Shown here piece after piece: positions 63,566 to 64,000 of a DNA stretch of 64,000 nt; position 1 is the stretch's first letter, and the number at the start of each line of letters is the position of its first letter. A program made the translations under genes and the position numbers. Below the pieces are notes generated by a model. That model had not been told where the DNA came from. It did no database searches and saw only the letters and a program-made list of their open reading frames with translations. The stretch is from Erythrobacter sp. (GTDB taxonomy: Bacteria > Pseudomonadota > Alphaproteobacteria > Sphingomonadales > Sphingomonadaceae), in the NCBI GenBank assembly GCA_039973155.1, contig JBDWLM010000003.1, positions 221,823-285,822 on the forward strand, in the 5' to 3' direction.

Positions 63566-64000
63566 ATGACATTATTAAGCAAGAGCGATCAGGAAGCCGT
63601 TACTGCAGCCATTAACGAGGTGGAACGGGAAACCGACGCCGAACTGGTCACAGTACTGACGGCCCAGTCAGATAACTACAGCTATATTCCCCTGCTCTGG
63701 GCCGGCATCCTGGCGTTGCTGGTGCCCGGCATTGCCAATTACTTCGGCAGCTGGCTCGGTGCCGACATGCTGTTGCTGGTGCAGTGGGGTACGTTCATCA
63801 TGCTCAGCCTGCTGTTTCGGGTGCCCGGCATTAACACTCGCCTGATTCCCCGGCAGGTGCGTTACTGGAGGGCCTCCAACCTGGCGCGCCGGCAGTTTCT
63901 GGAGCAAAACCTGCATCATACCGAAGGCGACACTGGCATGCTGATCTTCGTCTCGGAGGCGGAGCGCTATGTGGAGATTCTGGTGGATCAGGGCATTGCC
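63566..64000 (+). CDS. TPM/DUF477-like membrane protein (5' part, runs off window end)
   Basis: ATG 63566 opens a frame that stays open to the window edge (145 codons), so it is absent from the ORF track. Translation runs MTLLSKSDQEAVTAAINEVERETDAELVTVL... with 2 TM segments, then ...GMLIFVSEAERYVEILVDQGIA. Confidence 0.7.
   Translation, partial: MTLLSKSDQEAVTAAINEVERETDAELVTVLTAQSDNYSYIPLLWAGILALLVPGIANYFGSWLGADMLLLVQWGTFIMLSLLFRVPGINTRLIPRQVRYWRASNLARRQFLEQNLHHTEGDTGMLIFVSEAERYVEILVDQGIA

Overview
GC-rich, densely coding chromosomal segment that looks like a marine or halophilic gammaproteobacterium. I support about 58 CDS and found no rRNA, tRNA or CRISPR array. All family calls come from motifs read by eye in the supplied translations, not from database searches.

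Content in window order:
- Start to about 9.3 kb: a DUF302 protein, a Baeyer-Villiger-type flavin monooxygenase and a lipoprotein hydrolase. Then a PfkB kinase with an HDAC-family amidohydrolase, an iron alcohol dehydrogenase, and rlmE divergent from a TrmH-family methyltransferase.
- 10-17 kb: ahpF and ahpC split by a 4.4-kb insert carrying a P-type ATPase, a MaoC-like protein and a Prx5 peroxiredoxin.
- 17-22 kb: a complete betI-betB-betA cluster plus a compact BCCT transporter.
- 22-25 kb: a second HDAC-family gene with a 70-aa partner, then corA.
- 25-29.7 kb: an ECF sigma/anti-sigma pair next to a secreted subtilase, an outer-membrane barrel and a disordered repeat protein.
- 29.7-44 kb: a KefB-like antiporter, two head-to-head TAXI-TRAP transporters with scoAB, and LysR/DUF1127/GST/enolase-family genes.
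- 44-56 kb: two large c-di-GMP signalling proteins, a molybdopterin oxidoreductase and a nitronate monooxygenase.
- 56-60 kb: a translationally coupled GCS2-type ligase plus AstE/AspA-family hydrolase pair, then an alpha/beta hydrolase.
- 60.2-62.1 kb: a small AT-richer islet with an IS3 remnant, an orphan secreted protein, ParE/Phd and 600 nt of structured non-coding DNA.
- 62.1 kb to the end: a LemA-TPM-TPM module that runs off the window.

Best candidates for undescribed biology:
- The ECF-centred envelope module, whose intergenic regions share GGAA(C/T)-N16/17-CGT promoter-like motifs.
- An 84-109-aa protein that mimics the N-terminal winged-helix segment of GyrA/ParC.
- The ligase/deacylase pair.

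No recognisable phage-defence system is present.
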